Part shown: positions 18,998-28,133 of the stretch, piece by piece
Layout of the letters: each line of letters starts with the position of its first letter
Numbering within the stretch: position 1 is the stretch's first letter
Source of the DNA: Gammaproteobacteria bacterium
GTDB taxonomy: Bacteria; Pseudomonadota; Gammaproteobacteria; Eutrophobiales; Eutrophobiaceae
Reading direction: 5' to 3'
NCBI GenBank assembly: GCA_030835405.1
Contig: JAURPG010000106.1
Coordinates: forward strand, 6,067 to 70,066
DNA length: 64,000 nucleotides
Notes under the pieces: model-generated
What the model was told of the DNA's origin: nothing
Database searches by the model: none
What the model saw: only the letters and a program-made list of their open reading frames with translations
Program-made: the position numbers and the translations under genes

Positions 18998-19927
18998 ATG
19001 GGCAAGAAAAATTTTTTATCCGTAATCGTTATATGTTACAACATGATCCGGGAGGCCCCTCGAACGGTCTATTCATTATCGAAAAAATATCAGAAAAGAA
19101 TAAGACTGGAAGATTATGAAATTATCGTCATAGATAATAACTCTAGCGAACTGCTTAACAAGGAAGAAATAGAAGGAATTGGTCCCAATATTACCTATTA
19201 TTACCATGAATCCGGATCTGCCTCGCCCGTGAGTTCAATTAATTTTGGTATAGGGAAGTCCAAAGGTGAATATGTCGGCATCTTGATCGACGGGGCCCGT
19301 ATCGTAAGTCCAATGGTCCTTAACTGGGCGTTATATTCGCTGTAGACTCTTTATAATCCGTTTGTATCAACATTGAGCTGGTATTTGGGTGAAGATCAAT
19401 AGTTTATATCTGTTCCAAAAGGCTATTCCAGGGAATATGAAGATCAACTACTGGATGAAATTGACTGGAGATCCAATGGTTACAAGTTATTCTCCATATC
19501 AACATTTGCAGGCTCATCGAAGCCGGGTTTTTTTTAGTCAATTTCAGAAAGCAATGGTGTATTTTTAAGTAAAAATTTATATGAACGTGTTGGTAGATAT
19601 GATCCCGAATTTGATCTGCCAGGCGGCGGTCTATGCAACCTGGATTTTTATAAACGGGCCGTCGAATTCCCGGAAGTGACTCATGTAATATTATTGGGAG
19701 AAGGGACATTTCACCAGCACCACTATGGTATCACCATGAGCAGTCGTTCAATTGATGTCATAAACTTGCTCGACAAGTACCATGATCAATATAAGGAAAT
19801 AAGGAAAAGTGAATTTACCAGCCCAAAAACTAATCCGGTTTTTGTTGGAAATATTCCAGATAGTGTATTGCCATTTATTCAGGAATCTATTGTCAATGCT
19901 ACCGATAACAATCCTACTTGTGAATAA
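18998..19927 (+). pseudogene. Family 2 glycosyltransferase: one continuous 310-codon frame interrupted by three in-frame TAG codons (19343-19345, 19400-19402, 19535-19537)
   Basis: The N-terminus (SVIVICYNMIREAP...EIIVIDNNSS) and C-terminus (LYERVGRYDPEFDLPGGGLCNLDFYKRA) are GT2-like. ORFs 18998-19345 and 19676-19927 are in the same frame. The stretches between them translate cleanly with no frameshift, and the only interruptions are three TAG codons. Confidence 0.6.
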
Positions 19928-19957
19928 AGTTTTAGTTAGTCGAGATATTTTATTCTG

Positions 19958-21181
19958 ATGAATGATAATACATATGCAAGCAATAATGGTGAACTTGTTC
20001 TACTTTCTACCCGCCAACATATGGGCCGGGAAACGGCGGAAAAAATCAGTCTGTTATTTAAAACAGAACTGGACTGGAAAAAAATAGTTTCAATTGCAAA
20101 AAGAAACAAAGTCGTTCACCTGGTAGATAAAACCATGACCGAACACTTTGACGGCATGGTTGATTCAGAAGATTTGCAGGCACTTACTGATGAATCGCAG
20201 GTGCATTTTAAAAGTAATGAGGATAGTCTTGATTTGTTATTGGATATCAAGACACTGTTGTTGTCTGAAAGCATCCCCGTCATTTTCTTTAAGGGTATTA
20301 TCTTTGCCCATGTGTATAACAAGGACTATAAATTTCGAACACAGGGCGATATTGACATACTGGTCAGACCGGAAGATTTCCTGAAAGCAAGGGATATACT
20401 AGTAAGAAATGGTTTTGAGTCTGTTTATTTCGGTCATGCTGAAGTGTCAACTGTCCAGGCACAACTGGGCAGGAGCGACAGGCGAGCCAGCGTTGACTTG
20501 CACTATGGGGTCACCCCCCAGTACCAGCAGACCAATATGGATGAGGCATTAAGCGGAAGTAAATTTGACAAAAAATACCGTAATAAAATCGTCAAAAACC
20601 GTACCTACTGGTTTTGTCAATTTCAAACTGAAGAAATCTGGAAACGCAAAATCCAGATTGAGATAGAAGGCGAAACCATTACCACGCTGTCCCACGAAGA
20701 TACGCTCCTGGTGGCTGTCATTCATGCGGCAAAAGAAAACTGGAGATCGATGAGCAGAATAAGTGATATCACTGCGATTATAGAAACAAGCGGAAACCTG
20801 AACTGGGAAATTATCTATGAAACGGTAAGTGGATTGGGCTTTTTAAAAAAGTTTTATCTCGGTATCAGGTTAGCAAACGAGATGTATGATGTTGAATTGC
20901 CTGTAAATGTAATCAGGATGATGAATAAACATGGTTCAAAGTATCTCGCCAGACAGATTATCTTTAGACTGACCCTGGATAACTTTACTGTTGATATGGA
21001 AGAATTCAGGCGAATCGTTGCAATTATGACGATGGATTCAATCACAGATTTTTTCAGGTACCTGCAATATGTATTCAATACTCCGGCGGGTCCAACCGGC
21101 AAGGAGATAACCCAGGGAAATTTCCTGGGCTTTTTAAAGGTATTATCCGGTCAATATATACGGAAATTTCTATCCCGCTAA
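19958..21181 (+). CDS. Nucleotidyltransferase-family protein (uncharacterised NTP_transf_5-like type), as found beside HprK-like kinases and sulfotransferases in RiPP clusters
   Basis: It has the QGDIDILVRPEDF acidic motif characteristic of this nucleotidyltransferase fold. Size is 407 aa. Confidence 0.5.
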   Translation: MNDNTYASNNGELVLLSTRQHMGRETAEKISLLFKTELDWKKIVSIAKRNKVVHLVDKTMTEHFDGMVDSEDLQALTDESQVHFKSNEDSLDLLLDIKTLLLSESIPVIFFKGIIFAHVYNKDYKFRTQGDIDILVRPEDFLKARDILVRNGFESVYFGHAEVSTVQAQLGRSDRRASVDLHYGVTPQYQQTNMDEALSGSKFDKKYRNKIVKNRTYWFCQFQTEEIWKRKIQIEIEGETITTLSHEDTLLVAVIHAAKENWRSMSRISDITAIIETSGNLNWEIIYETVSGLGFLKKFYLGIRLANEMYDVELPVNVIRMMNKHGSKYLARQIIFRLTLDNFTVDMEEFRRIVAIMTMDSITDFFRYLQYVFNTPAGPTGKEITQGNFLGFLKVLSGQYIRKFLSR

Positions 21182-21333
21182 CCCCATCTATCTGGCAATA
21201 ATACCTTCAATACGACAAAAAGTTATGTAACTAACTGATTTCAATATAATTTGCCGGATTATGCATAAGGTTTTATACTCGGGTATATATGGTGCAGCTG
21301 TCACTATCAGGAAATCCAGGAGACACTTATCCA

Positions 21334-23760
21334 ATGCAAATGGTCATTCGGTTATTTATTTTATTTTTTCTCACATTTAGCGTTGTATGTAATTCACAAG
21401 ACAGAAATAGTGATCAGGCTGGAGATTTCGTAAGGTATGAAACCCTCGTCAGCCAGTATTGCGTAACCTGTCATAACGATACCTTACGCACAGCAGGGTT
21501 TTCACTTCAGCAGGCAGATCTCACCAATATGGGTGAATATGCCGAGACCTGGGAAAAAGTCCTGCGTAAGGTCAAGGTCAAGACCATGCCTCCATCAGGT
21601 ATGCCGCGGCCAGATGATGCTACTTATAAGGCCTTTGCTGATTTTCTCACCACCAGCCTTGATAGGCATGCTTTAGATAATCCAAGGCCAGGTGTTGCGG
21701 CAATTCGTCGCCTGAACCGTACCGAGTACTTCAACGCAATTCGTGACCTGCTGGCGGTTGAAATCAATGACAGTACTATCCTGCCCGCCGATGACACCAT
21801 GTACGGGTTTGACAATGTGGGAGCGGTTCTAACTTTATCACCCATGTTGACGGAGCAGTATATAACCGCAGCACGGAAAATCCGTTACCAGGCCCTGGGC
21901 CATCCGGATATGCCACCGGAGTTTTTTACCTACAATGCCCCAAGGTATTTAATGCAGGAAGACTGGGTCAGTGATGACCTGCCGTTTGGTTCACGGGGTG
22001 GGATGTCAATACAACATCATTTTCCCATGGATGGGGAATATGTCCTGCAGATCCGGTTACAAAAAAATTCCAGGGATTATATTCGTGGGTTGGTGCATAT
22101 TCCTCATGAAATAGATATCCGCCTGGATGACAAGCAAATCGCAAGGCTTTCAGTCGGTGGCGAAAAGTTTGGAAAATCATCGGGGATGTTTTCCTCCAGT
22201 GCCCAGGGGCACCCTGATCAGGAACAATATGAAAGATACAGTGATGAAGCATTGGAAGTTCGTTTCAATGCAAAGGCCGGCACAAGAAAAGTCTCCGTTG
22301 CATTTCTGAAGAAACTGGCCTTGCCTGAAGAGCCTTCATACAGCCAGATGTCTATCATTGATTATGCCCAGCTCAAGGCCGGAGTCCCCGGTATAGGCAC
22401 CATCAGGATAGGTGGTCCTTATAATTCCACGGTCTCAACGGAATCTGAGACGCATAAGAAGATATATGTCTGTACCCCCAGAAATGACAGGGACACAAAC
22501 TGCGCAGAAAAGATTATCTCCAACCTCGGCAGACTGGCTTATCGCCGGACGTTAACCCGTCTGGAGCTGGATGGGCTCATGGAATTTTTTCAGCAGGGCC
22601 AAAGGGCCGGCGGGTTTGACGAGGGCATTGGTCTTGCCATGGAAAGGATCCTGGCCGGGCCAAAATTCCTGTTTATCATCGAGCAGGCACCCGAAGAGGT
22701 CAATGAAGGTGATATCTTTGCTATCTCTGACCTGGAACTGGCGACCCGGTTGTCCTTGTTCCTGTGGAGCACCATGCCGGATGATGAATTGCTGAGCGTG
22801 GCGGAGTCCGGGCAACTGCGTAAATCACAAGTCCTCAAACAGCAAATTCTGCGCATGCTTGGCGACCCCCGTTCACGGACCTTGGTAAATAACTTCGCAG
22901 CGCAATGGCTGACGCTTGGCAGGCTGAATGCCTCTGCACCTAATGGCGAGATATTCCCTTATTTTGACGATAATCTGAGGCAGGCCTACCGTACGGAAAC
23001 GGAGATGTTTTTTGATTACGTATTTCGAAACGACAGGCCACTACTGGAATTGCTTGATGCAGATTACACCTTTGTAAACGAAAGGTTGGCAAAGCATTAT
23101 GGTATTCCTGATGTGTTTGGCAATCATTTTAGAATGGTGGAGTTAACAGATGGTACCCGTGGGGGCTTGCTGGGACAGGGCAGTATCCTGACGGTGACGT
23201 CCTATGGGAATCGAACCGCACCTACCATACGCGGTAAATGGATCCTGGAAAACATACTGGGGGCACCACCGCCACCGCCACCAGCCAATGTCCCGGGGCT
23301 GCTGGATAAGAATGACGAAGGGAAGGTGCTGAATATGCGCCAGCAAATGGAACAGCACCGGGCAAATCCCGTGTGTGCCAGTTGCCACAAGGTCATGGAT
23401 CCCCTGGGTTTTGCGCTGGAAAATTACGATGCCATTGGTAAATGGCGTACCATAGATGCCGCTTCCAAAGAACCGATTGATGCCTCCGGGGCGTTGCCCG
23501 ATGGCACGCCATTTATTGGCTTGGCAGGCCTTAAGGAAGTATTAATGGAGAAGCGCCAGTATGATTTTATCATGACCGCCATTGAAAGAATGCTAACTTA
23601 CTCGCTTGGAAGGGGAATAGATCACCGGGATGCCCCCGCCATGCGCGAAATTATGAGACAGGCAGAACCGGACAATTATCGATTATCTTCTATAATTATG
23701 GCAATCATTGAGAGTATGCCATTTCAGATGAGGAGGGCACCTAGCCATGATGATATTTAA
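21334..23760 (+). CDS. Large secreted DUF1592/DUF1595/DUF1587/DUF1588-type protein with an N-terminal c-type haem (PSCyt-like) domain
   Basis: There is a signal peptide (MQMVIRLFILFFLTFSVVC), then CVTCHND (CxxCH) and a second CASCH. The roughly 800 aa length and the immediately following DUF1552 partner fit this Planctomycete-type pair. Confidence 0.6.
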   Translation: MQMVIRLFILFFLTFSVVCNSQDRNSDQAGDFVRYETLVSQYCVTCHNDTLRTAGFSLQQADLTNMGEYAETWEKVLRKVKVKTMPPSGMPRPDDATYKAFADFLTTSLDRHALDNPRPGVAAIRRLNRTEYFNAIRDLLAVEINDSTILPADDTMYGFDNVGAVLTLSPMLTEQYITAARKIRYQALGHPDMPPEFFTYNAPRYLMQEDWVSDDLPFGSRGGMSIQHHFPMDGEYVLQIRLQKNSRDYIRGLVHIPHEIDIRLDDKQIARLSVGGEKFGKSSGMFSSSAQGHPDQEQYERYSDEALEVRFNAKAGTRKVSVAFLKKLALPEEPSYSQMSIIDYAQLKAGVPGIGTIRIGGPYNSTVSTESETHKKIYVCTPRNDRDTNCAEKIISNLGRLAYRRTLTRLELDGLMEFFQQGQRAGGFDEGIGLAMERILAGPKFLFIIEQAPEEVNEGDIFAISDLELATRLSLFLWSTMPDDELLSVAESGQLRKSQVLKQQILRMLGDPRSRTLVNNFAAQWLTLGRLNASAPNGEIFPYFDDNLRQAYRTETEMFFDYVFRNDRPLLELLDADYTFVNERLAKHYGIPDVFGNHFRMVELTDGTRGGLLGQGSILTVTSYGNRTAPTIRGKWILENILGAPPPPPPANVPGLLDKNDEGKVLNMRQQMEQHRANPVCASCHKVMDPLGFALENYDAIGKWRTIDAASKEPIDASGALPDGTPFIGLAGLKEVLMEKRQYDFIMTAIERMLTYSLGRGIDHRDAPAMREIMRQAEPDNYRLSSIIMAIIESMPFQMRRAPSHDDI

Positions 23761-25090
23761 AAAATCCATTCCACGCAGAACGTTCCTACGCGGGGCCGGC
23801 GCAAGCATTGCCTTGCCAGTACTTGACGCCATGTTTCCGGCACTGGCTTCAACAAAGGCAGCAATGGAGGTCCCCAGACGGTTTTCCATTGTTTATATCC
23901 CCAATGGGGTCAACATGGCCCATTGGACGCCAAAGCAAACCGGTAAATCATTCGAGATCACACGTGCTATCAAACCATTGGCCAGTTACCAGGACAAGAT
24001 GCTGATGTTGACTGGTCTCAGTAATACACCAGGTGATGCATTACCAGGTGAAGGTGAAACCGCACCCCATGAACGGGCGGGCGGGGTTTTTCTTACCGGA
24101 GTCCATCCCTTAAATGAAGGTCGCACAGGCGTATCTATTGACCAGATCATTGCCCGGGAACTGGGCAAAAAGACCCAGTTGGCCTCCCTGGAAATGGGGC
24201 TGCATACCAAGGATGTGATTGGAAATTGTGAAAAAGGCTGGAGCTGCGCCTATTTGAGTACGCTTTCCTGGCGAACGCCAACCACCCCGATGCCTATGGA
24301 ATACCGTCCCCGTGCTGTTTTCGAACGGCTTTTTGGTGGCAGTAGTAGTACTGACAGGGGCGCACGCATGGAGCGCATAAACAAGGAAAAAAGTATCCTT
24401 GATGATATTACCCGTGAGGCCCGGCAAATGATGAATTCATATGGGCCAAACGACAAGGCCAGATTAACTGAATACCTGGACGGGATGCGTGACGTTGAAC
24501 GACGGATTCAATTGGCAGAACAACAATCTTCCCGTGAATTGCCAACGATGGAACGTCCATCAGGGGTACCTAATGATTTTGTCGATCACCTGAAATTGAT
24601 GTTTGACCTTCAGGTCCTGGCATTCCAGACAGACATGACCCGCATGATTACCTTCATGACGGCACCGGAACAGAATAACCGCACTTATGGGCAGATCGGC
24701 GTGCCCGATGTACACCATTCTGTTTCCCATCACCGGGATGATCCCTCTAACCTGGAAAAATTAGCCAGGATCGATGAGTACCATTCCCAACTGTTCAGCT
24801 ATTACCTGGACAAGTTGCATAATACCCAAGATGTTGACGGATCTTTACTGGACAATATGATCGTTATGTATGGCGCGGGAATGAGTGATGGTAATCAACA
24901 CCTGCTACATAATCTGCCTATCATGCTGGTAGGGGGTGGTTCCGGACAACTTAAAGGCGGCCGGCACATCAAGTACAAGTTAGATACACCCATGTCGAAT
25001 TTATATCTTTCCATTCTGGACAAGCTGGATATCCCGCTTGAGAAGTTTGGAGACTCCACGGGTAAATTAAATCTTGCGGCAACGGCATAA
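23747..25090 (+). CDS. DUF1552 family protein with a Tat signal
   Basis: The N-terminus is IPRRTFLRGAGASIALPVLDAMFP, the canonical DUF1552 start with a twin-arginine motif. It overlaps the upstream gene by 14 nt. Confidence 0.7.
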   Translation: MMIFKKSIPRRTFLRGAGASIALPVLDAMFPALASTKAAMEVPRRFSIVYIPNGVNMAHWTPKQTGKSFEITRAIKPLASYQDKMLMLTGLSNTPGDALPGEGETAPHERAGGVFLTGVHPLNEGRTGVSIDQIIARELGKKTQLASLEMGLHTKDVIGNCEKGWSCAYLSTLSWRTPTTPMPMEYRPRAVFERLFGGSSSTDRGARMERINKEKSILDDITREARQMMNSYGPNDKARLTEYLDGMRDVERRIQLAEQQSSRELPTMERPSGVPNDFVDHLKLMFDLQVLAFQTDMTRMITFMTAPEQNNRTYGQIGVPDVHHSVSHHRDDPSNLEKLARIDEYHSQLFSYYLDKLHNTQDVDGSLLDNMIVMYGAGMSDGNQHLLHNLPIMLVGGGSGQLKGGRHIKYKLDTPMSNLYLSILDKLDIPLEKFGDSTGKLNLAATA

Positions 25091-25117
25091 CTGGGCTGCA
25101 TAGTTAAGGAGTTTGCA

Positions 25118-26677
25118 TTGAAACAGGAATTTATTAATGGGTTATTTAGACTCGTTCTTATTTCACTTCTGGTATTTTCAAGCCATGTATCAGCAGGCAC
25201 GTCGCTGGTCGAGTCTGCCAAACTCAATGACCTGGCAAGTGTAAAGGCCTTACTGACAAACGGTGTGGATGCAAACTCGAGCAATGCTGATGGTTCGACG
25301 GCGCTGCATTGGGCGGTATTACGTAATAACGACGAGATGGTCGATAGCCTGATTTCGGCCGGGGCCAATCCGAACCCAGCCAACGAATACGGCGCTACAC
25401 CGCTCTGGCTGGCCTGCAACAATAAAAGTGATGAAATGATCCAGCGGTTACTGGATGCCGGTGCCGATCCCAATGCATCCATGTGGTCTGGCGAATCACC
25501 GTTAATGAAATGTTCCCTGACAGGTGCAACCAATGCGGTCGCGGCACTACTGAAGGCAGGTGCCTATGTTGATGCAGTCGAATCCGTCCAGGGGCAGTCC
25601 GCATTGATGTGGGCGGCAGCTAAAGGACATTCGGATGTTGTCAGATTACTGATTGATAATGGTGCAGATATCTCTGTAAAAACCATTGCGACAGCCGACA
25701 AGCTGCCGCATTCCTGTAATACGTGTGAATGGAAAAAATCCAGTGGTGGATTTACGCCATTACTATTTGCTGCAAGGTCTGGGGATATTGCAACCATCCG
25801 TTTATTCATGGAGGCCGGTGCCGATCCCAATGAATCAACGCTTGAACATGGTAATTCTCTGGTTATTGCGGCGGCAGGCGGGCATTACGATTTAGCCCTG
25901 TTCCTGTTACAAATGGGGGCCGACCCTGATTCAAGTGACGATACCGGGTTGACAGCACTGCATCATGCCGTGGGCGGTGGACTGGCATTATTAAATGGTG
26001 TCATATATGACGGTGTGTACCGGATCCAACCAGAAAATGATCTGGAGCTTGCCAGGGCATTGCTTGATGCTGGTGCCAACGTCAATGCACAAATCAGGCA
26101 GGATCATTTACTGGGGCCGGACGGGACGCCTTTCAGCATGACAGGGGCAACACCCTTACTTCTGGCCGCGACATCGGCTGATGTTGATATGATTGGTTTA
26201 CTGAAAAAATATGGCGCAGACCCGAGTTTGAGTGCCAAAGGCAATGTGACACCGCTGATGGCCTCTGCCCAGGCCGCCTGTACCGGTACCTGCGCCTACC
26301 AGGAGGGTGGTAATGTCGCCAATACGGAGGCGGTGCAACAAGCATACCGTGCGACAAAGGCTATTTATGAAATGGGTGGTATAGATATTGATGCCACCAA
26401 TAATACAGGTAGAACGGCGTTGCATATCGCGGCTTTTACCGGTTCGGACATCGTCGTCCAGTATCTGGCTGAGAAGGGTGCCGATGTAAACCGCAAAGAT
26501 AATCGTGGTGAAACGCCCTGGACCATGGCATCAGGAATGACAACCAATATTGGTAGCCGGGGGTTATATGGCCACCATGACAGTACTGCAGAGTTACTAT
26601 TAAAGCTTGGCGCCAAGGTCATTACCATGGAGCAACTGGAAGAAGACACCCCGCCATATGCTGGTGCCGGCCTTTAA
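25118..26677 (+). CDS. Secreted ankyrin-repeat protein
   Basis: A signal peptide is followed by multiple ANK repeats (GSTALHWAVLRNNDEMVDSLISAGANPN, GATPLWLACNN..., GQSALMWAAAKGHSDVVRLLIDNGADI, and others). Confidence 0.8.
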   Translation: MKQEFINGLFRLVLISLLVFSSHVSAGTSLVESAKLNDLASVKALLTNGVDANSSNADGSTALHWAVLRNNDEMVDSLISAGANPNPANEYGATPLWLACNNKSDEMIQRLLDAGADPNASMWSGESPLMKCSLTGATNAVAALLKAGAYVDAVESVQGQSALMWAAAKGHSDVVRLLIDNGADISVKTIATADKLPHSCNTCEWKKSSGGFTPLLFAARSGDIATIRLFMEAGADPNESTLEHGNSLVIAAAGGHYDLALFLLQMGADPDSSDDTGLTALHHAVGGGLALLNGVIYDGVYRIQPENDLELARALLDAGANVNAQIRQDHLLGPDGTPFSMTGATPLLLAATSADVDMIGLLKKYGADPSLSAKGNVTPLMASAQAACTGTCAYQEGGNVANTEAVQQAYRATKAIYEMGGIDIDATNNTGRTALHIAAFTGSDIVVQYLAEKGADVNRKDNRGETPWTMASGMTTNIGSRGLYGHHDSTAELLLKLGAKVITMEQLEEDTPPYAGAGL

Positions 26678-26942
26678 AATTAATTTACTTTTTTTTCTTC
26701 TACTGTCTACTGCGGTCATTCCGGTTGCCAGCCAGATAACTGATAACGCCCAGCAGGCCAAAGTCAAATCCAGACAGCTTGCTCCCGCCCAGTATGAGGT
26801 CACCTGTTTTGAATCTGCTGAATATTGTGCTGAGGAATTCAAACGCTTATGTCCAGGTGGACACAGGGTTGGTGGCTATTTCAGGAATCAGTTTGACCAT
26901 GGCCAGATTACAGCGGTGATTACCTGTCAGGAAAACAATTGA
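26658..26942 (+). CDS. Small secreted four-cysteine protein
   Basis: The frame is open from 26607. A Sec-type signal peptide runs from the Met at 26658 (MLVPAFKINLLFFLLLSTAVIPVASQ). The mature region of about 69 aa has four Cys (C-x6-C-x7-C-x28-C). Confidence 0.45.
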   Translation: MLVPAFKINLLFFLLLSTAVIPVASQITDNAQQAKVKSRQLAPAQYEVTCFESAEYCAEEFKRLCPGGHRVGGYFRNQFDHGQITAVITCQENN

Positions 26943-27031
26943 TTACATTAAATGCAGTTTTTTATCTGGTAATAATCACTTCACAAACCCCGGTGAAAGT
27001 TGTTAACTGTACTCAATAATTAATTGTCCTT

Positions 27032-28072
27032 TTGATCATGGAACATCAAATCAATAAAAATCCAGGTATACAGGTGCTCAATGCCATTGCCGCATTTATT
27101 ATTGTCGTGGCGGGGATGAAGGCTGCCTCTTCAATTGTCGTGCCATTTTTGCTTGCCATCTTCATTTCCATTCTTGCAGCATCCCCCATGTTATGGTTGC
27201 AGAACAGGGGTTGGCCACTTTGGGCAGCGTTAACCACGATCATCACGGCAGTCATAGCAATAATGACTTTGTTGGTCTTGTTGCTGGGTACTACGCTGGA
27301 TGATTTTACCCGCGAACTTCCCAACTACCAGTCCCGGTTACGGGAGATAGTTGCGGGTGTTGTCGATTGGGCAGAGGGTCGCGGCCTGGACGTTTCAGCA
27401 GAACGGGTCAGGGAAGTTTTTGACCCGGCACGGGCAATTGGTATCGTTAATAATATCCTCGGCGGGGTGACCAACCTGTTGGGGAATGCGTTTCTTATTC
27501 TGTTTACGATTATTTTTATGTTGGTAGAGGCCGCCAGTTTCCCGCGTAAAATTGTCAGGATTACCGGGGGTAAAATCTCAAGCACCTACAATGAAATTTT
27601 ATTGAAAATACGTAAATACATTGCTGTTAAGACCCTGATCAGCGCGGCTACTGGCCTATGTATCGGCATCCTCACCTACCTGATGGGTGTAGATTTTCCA
27701 ATACTGTGGGGAATTATTGGATTTCTTCTCAACTATGTTCCTACTATTGGTTCAATCATTGCATCGGTGCCGGCCTGCCTGATCGCATTGGTACAACTGG
27801 GTATCTGGCCAACACTGTTTACTGCCATGGGATATTTTGCAATCAATACCGTATTTGGAAACCTGATTGAGCCAAAGGTCATGGGTAAGGCCATGGGACT
27901 TTCAACCCTGGTGGTGTTTTTATCGTTGGTATTCTGGGGTTGGGTGCTGGGTCCCATAGGTATGTTACTGTCAGTCCCATTAACAATGGTGGCGAAGATT
28001 GCCCTGGAACAGAACCCACAGACCATGCCCATTGCTATTCTGCTCGATGCTGATAAACCAGTGGATAATTAA
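27032..28072 (+). CDS. AI-2E family transporter (PerM/UPF0118-like permease)
   Basis: It is a polytopic membrane protein of 346 aa with the conserved LVVFLSLVFWGWVLGPIGMLLSVPLT block typical of AI-2E proteins. Confidence 0.7.
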   Translation: MIMEHQINKNPGIQVLNAIAAFIIVVAGMKAASSIVVPFLLAIFISILAASPMLWLQNRGWPLWAALTTIITAVIAIMTLLVLLLGTTLDDFTRELPNYQSRLREIVAGVVDWAEGRGLDVSAERVREVFDPARAIGIVNNILGGVTNLLGNAFLILFTIIFMLVEAASFPRKIVRITGGKISSTYNEILLKIRKYIAVKTLISAATGLCIGILTYLMGVDFPILWGIIGFLLNYVPTIGSIIASVPACLIALVQLGIWPTLFTAMGYFAINTVFGNLIEPKVMGKAMGLSTLVVFLSLVFWGWVLGPIGMLLSVPLTMVAKIALEQNPQTMPIAILLDADKPVDN

Positions 28073-28133
28073 TAGTCACTATGTAACAAAAATAAATTTC
28101 CATAGAATCAAGTAAAAAGCATGTGGGAAATTA

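Noticed and set aside
18998-19927. Interpreting the three in-frame TAGs as pyrrolysine or a reassigned genetic code
   Set aside because: TAG is used as an ordinary terminator by several confidently called genes in this window, for example the ORF ending at 1241. No pyl genes or tRNA(CUA) are visible here. A pseudogene or a sequence artefact is the more economical explanation, so I kept it as a finding to verify.
2322-21181. Calling the island a lasso-peptide or lanthipeptide biosynthetic gene cluster
   Set aside because: There is no Asn-synthetase-like cyclase, transglutaminase-like leader protease, PqqD-like RRE, LanB/LanC/LanM or YcaO, and no precursor ORF. Only the accessory tailoring enzymes are present.
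24895-25533. 212-aa minus-strand ORF
   Set aside because: It lies antisense across the DUF1552 3' end and the ankyrin gene start. Both plus-strand genes have strong family signatures. Long antisense ORFs are common in GC-richer DNA.
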